A stretch of 64,000 bases of DNA from Dissulfurispiraceae bacterium (lineage in GTDB: Bacteria > Nitrospirota > Thermodesulfovibrionia > Thermodesulfovibrionales > Dissulfurispiraceae), in assembly GCA_036781645.1 (NCBI GenBank), contig DAIQAO010000003.1, positions 2,865 to 66,864 of the forward strand. The letters are read 5' to 3'. Shown here piece by piece: positions 61,337 to 64,000 of this stretch. The notes below the pieces were generated by a model. That model did not search any database. It was not told where the DNA came from and was given only the letters and a program-made list of their open reading frames with translations. The position numbers and the translations under genes are program-made. Position 1 is the first letter of the stretch, and each line of letters begins with the position of its first letter.

Positions 61337-61621
61337 CAACCTGAAGAAATAGGATTCCGCTTTATAGAAAGCATTTGTTAGTTTTCTCGTTTGTTAGCTT
61401 TGTTCGTTTGGAGAATGGTGTTTGTTTAGAAAAGTTTCTTTGAGTTGTGTGGTTTGTTGGTTAAATCCCTTTTAAAAGCTTAACTTTATAATTATAATTT
61501 ACCATCTGAGAAAACCAACGGTTTTAATCTTAGGCGATAAACACCCAAAGGGTGTTTGCCTGAGAATCCTCCGCCTTTAGGCGCGGGAGAGTCAATTTTG
61601 ATTGAGTCCTTGCTTTATATT

Positions 61622-61656
61622 TTTAATATAATATATATTTAAAATATATATTATTA
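61622..61656. promoter_or_regulatory. AT-only near-palindrome upstream of vapB (candidate promoter/operator)
   Basis: TTTAATATAATATATATTTAAAATATATATTATTA, immediately before the AGGAGG SD of vapB. Confidence 0.4.
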
Positions 61657-61667
61657 GGAGGTGTTGC

Positions 61668-61895
61668 GTGAAGACAGCGAAAGTTTTCCAAAATGGGCAG
61701 AGCCAAGCTGTAAGACTGCCTAAGGAGTTCAGATTTGAGGATGACCGCGTTTTTATTAAAAAATCGGGCAATGTGGTGATACTTATTCCTACCAAAGAGT
61801 CTTGGGCTTCTTTGATAGACAGTCTTGATAAATTCACAAGCGATTTTATGAGCGAAAGAGACCAACCAGCGGTTCAGCAAAGGGAGGCATATTAG
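61668..61895 (+). CDS. vapB: VapB-type antitoxin (AbrB/SpoVT fold)
   Basis: KTAKVFQNGQSQAVRLPKEFRF signature. 75 aa with a GTG start. Confidence 0.85.
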   Translation: MKTAKVFQNGQSQAVRLPKEFRFEDDRVFIKKSGNVVILIPTKESWASLIDSLDKFTSDFMSERDQPAVQQREAY

Positions 61896-62296
61896 TGGAA
61901 TTCATGCTTGACACTAACATATGTATTTATCTAATAAAAAAGAAAAGTCCAAAAATTATCGAACATCTCGAAAGGCAAGCCACGGGAGAGGTTGGCATAT
62001 CATCTATCACGCTTGCGGAGCTTTTCTTTGGGGCATTTAAAAGCGAGCATATTCAGAAAAATAGAGAGGCTTTGCGTGAATTTATTTTACCTCTTGAAAT
62101 TGCTGATTTTGATGAAAAAGCTGCTGAGGCGTATGGAAATATAAGGGCAAATCTTGAGAAAACTGGAACTTCTATTGGGTCAATGGATATGTTAATTGGC
62201 TCTCATGCCTTAAGTCTTGGCGTTGTATTAGTGACTAACAATGTCAGGGAGTTCAGGCGGATAAAAGGGTTAAAAGTTGCAGACTGGACTGTTTGA
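61895..62296 (+). CDS. vapC: VapC-type PIN-domain toxin
   Basis: MLDTNICIYLIK... plus the downstream acidic residues of a PIN domain. It overlaps the vapB stop. An alternative ATG lies at 61904. Confidence 0.85.
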   Translation: MEFMLDTNICIYLIKKKSPKIIEHLERQATGEVGISSITLAELFFGAFKSEHIQKNREALREFILPLEIADFDEKAAEAYGNIRANLEKTGTSIGSMDMLIGSHALSLGVVLVTNNVREFRRIKGLKVADWTV

Positions 62297-62424
62297 TTGT
62301 GCTTAACCGCTGTCTCTAATACTAATATCATTAGAAGCATAAAACAGAGGAGGCGATACATATGGTGGCACAGAGAGACGATTTAGAAGCTGCGCTGAAG
62401 GAAGTAGAAAATAGTTAGTGAATA

Positions 62425-62705
62425 GGGTCAGACTTGACTATTGACTTTCTTTGGCTAAAGCCAATAATACACAGCCAGCTTTGACTTTCTATCTGTATCT
62501 CCTTAAAAATTAGCACATGGCTCGAAAACCTTAAAACGATGGAAGATTGAATGCGGATATAAATGACAAGGAATTAGCAGAATTTTTAGATAAAAACCCC
62601 GCTGTTATTTAACTTTATTTAAAGGTGGAAAATTCATGCCTTTCTAAGATAGAAGCAATTGTGAAGACACTTAAAAAGGAGAAAGTCAATAGTCAAGTCT
62701 GACCC
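62425..62705. mobile_element. 281-bp MITE with perfect 21-bp terminal inverted repeats related to the IS ends
   Basis: GGGTCAGACTTGACTATTGAC (62425-62445) and its exact reverse complement (62685-62705). It shares the GGGTCAGAxTTGAC core with the IS remnant. The interior holds only a degenerate HTH-like fragment. Confidence 0.7.
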
Positions 62706-62735
62706 TGACCCCACCGAATATTTAATCTGCACTTT

Positions 62736-62870
62736 TTACTCCTTCCCCTCCACAATCGCAATCTCTTCTTCTGTCAAACCGTATAATTTATATACCATTT
62801 CATCTATCTTTTGCTCAAGGGCGAAGGTGTTGGCGCTGGGGTCTTTCTTCTTGACCCCATTTGGGAACAG
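62736..62870 (-). pseudogene. 3' remnant of a restriction-modification (type IIG/BREX-like) methyltransferase gene
   Basis: Own translation: ...DPSANTFALEQKIDEMVYKLYGLTEEEIAIVEGKE then stop. The xVYxLYGLTxEEIxIVE tail is typical of that C-terminal domain. The upstream frame is broken. Confidence 0.55.
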
Positions 62871-63180
62871 CTAAACAAAAATATTTTTTCATCATCCTCA
62901 ACATAGGGCACAGAATAAATATAATCTTCCGTTTTTACAAGAAAAACTTTCTGATAAGTTGCATCCCCCATAATTGCTGCTGGCACTTTTAAGTTTTTTA
63001 AAAACTATGATAACTTATATTATAAAAGCGATGGGGAAATATCAATTTATTAATACTAATGGGAATGGCTTTGAGTGGTTAACCCCAGGATGGTGAGGCG
63101 TGAATGTGTTTTCGGTGGAACTCATGGATGCTTCCAAAAATGAGCGAAAAGATAATAGTATTTTTACTCTAAAGTCTTGA

Positions 63181-64000
63181 ATGTTGAAAAATAAAAAAAT
63201 ATTCGGCGTCCCCCTAATTGTAATAACTATCCCTCTCATATTACTCTGTTTATTTATCTTTGTCTTTATATTTCTTCAGAGCCCCCTATTAATTAACGCC
63301 TTGGCGCAGGCTCTCGGTTTAAATATGAGTATCGGGAATATTTCAGTCTCGCCTGCCCTTAGCACAGAAGTTAGAGAATTACGCTTTGAAGAGGCAGGCA
63401 GAGGCGGTATGTCTGTTCTGATATCTCATGCCTCTATTCAGCTAGGCATCAATAAATCTCTCCAGCCAGAGGTCAGAAAGGCAGCTATCCATGAGCCAAG
63501 AGTTTTGATTAATCTTGGAGCTAAGGATAAAAAGCTGGATTTGTCTTTCTTGGGCAAACTGCCGCCTGTCCAGTTTCTCGAGATTACTAATGGAGAGGTT
63601 CATATTTCAACAGGACGAGCTGGAGAGACAATCAGGCTCTGGGATATCAATTTTACATTAAAGGATTTCTCGAGCAAGAAAGGCGGGAGCGTAAGATTTA
63701 AATGCAAGGCAAATATCAAGTCCGCAAAAAATGGAACTGATAACGGCGAGGGACTTTGTGAGGGTAATTTTCATTTCACAAAGATTGCCCCTGAACCAGC
63801 AGGAAGCGGAGTTATAAAGTTCACGCTCAATAACGGTGATTTTCAGGCGCTCAAGATTCAAAGCCTTTTTTTGCATATATCATTGCAAATAAATGCTGGA
63901 GAGCTTATTATAAGCCCTAAAAGCCCATCGGCTGCCTCTTTTACATATAAATCCGACGAGCGGGTTATTAACCTCAAAGATTTGCAGTTCATGCCCCACG
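63181..64000 (+). CDS. large membrane-anchored protein, N-terminal part (possibly AsmA/TamB-like); 3' end lies outside the window
   Basis: Own translation, open from ATG 63181 to the window end: MLKNKKIFGVPLIVITIPLILLCLFIFVFIFLQSPLLINALAQALGL... gives an N-terminal TM then a beta-rich repetitive region. Family assignment is tentative. Confidence 0.5.
   Translation, partial: MLKNKKIFGVPLIVITIPLILLCLFIFVFIFLQSPLLINALAQALGLNMSIGNISVSPALSTEVRELRFEEAGRGGMSVLISHASIQLGINKSLQPEVRKAAIHEPRVLINLGAKDKKLDLSFLGKLPPVQFLEITNGEVHISTGRAGETIRLWDINFTLKDFSSKKGGSVRFKCKANIKSAKNGTDNGEGLCEGNFHFTKIAPEPAGSGVIKFTLNNGDFQALKIQSLFLHISLQINAGELIISPKSPSAASFTYKSDERVINLKDLQFMPH

Overview
Chromosomal window from an AT-rich bacterium. 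It is diderm (lpxK, kdsB, lptD, lnt and lgt are present) and apparently anaerobic (many c-type cytochromes, a tungsten-type aldehyde:ferredoxin oxidoreductase, sigma-54 regulation). I cannot assign the phylum from the sequence alone.

About 50 kb is ordinary core genome:
- a replication-origin neighbourhood: prfB with its programmed +1 frameshift, a 318-bp AT-rich gap, then dnaA-dnaN-gyrB
- pyrG-kdsB, lnt, lpxK, glyQS, lgt-argJ, zapB/zapA, serS
- a split transketolase, ftsEX-envC-like-ctp, truB-lptD-folC-trpA, and trpB
- two tRNAs, Arg-CCT and Val-CAC

The parts worth a second look:
1. A 51.3-60.6 kb redox locus. It opens with four tandem paralogous small two-helix membrane proteins of a family I do not recognise. 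An Hmc/Cbc-like set follows: multihaem cytochrome, Tat-exported 4x[4Fe-4S] subunit, NrfD-like subunit, 13-haem cytochrome and a b-type cytochrome. A NarX/NarL-like two-component pair closes it. Three of its genes carry 1-nt frame disruptions.
2. An internally duplicated DNA methyltransferase, frame-broken at a poly-A run, inserted between trpB and trpA.
3. A dispersed family of 60-180-bp palindromic elements with conserved termini. At least 7 copies or solo ends lie in intergenic DNA, and the same 15-mer sits about 60 nt upstream of both tRNA genes.
4. A sensor kinase with a CxxCH haem-c motif in its periplasmic domain.
5. A mobile-element graveyard at 60.6-63 kb: an IS remnant, a related MITE, integrase and restriction-modification gene stubs, and an intact vapBC pair.

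No rRNA and no CRISPR array were seen. All similarity statements are by-eye motif recognition; no database search was run.
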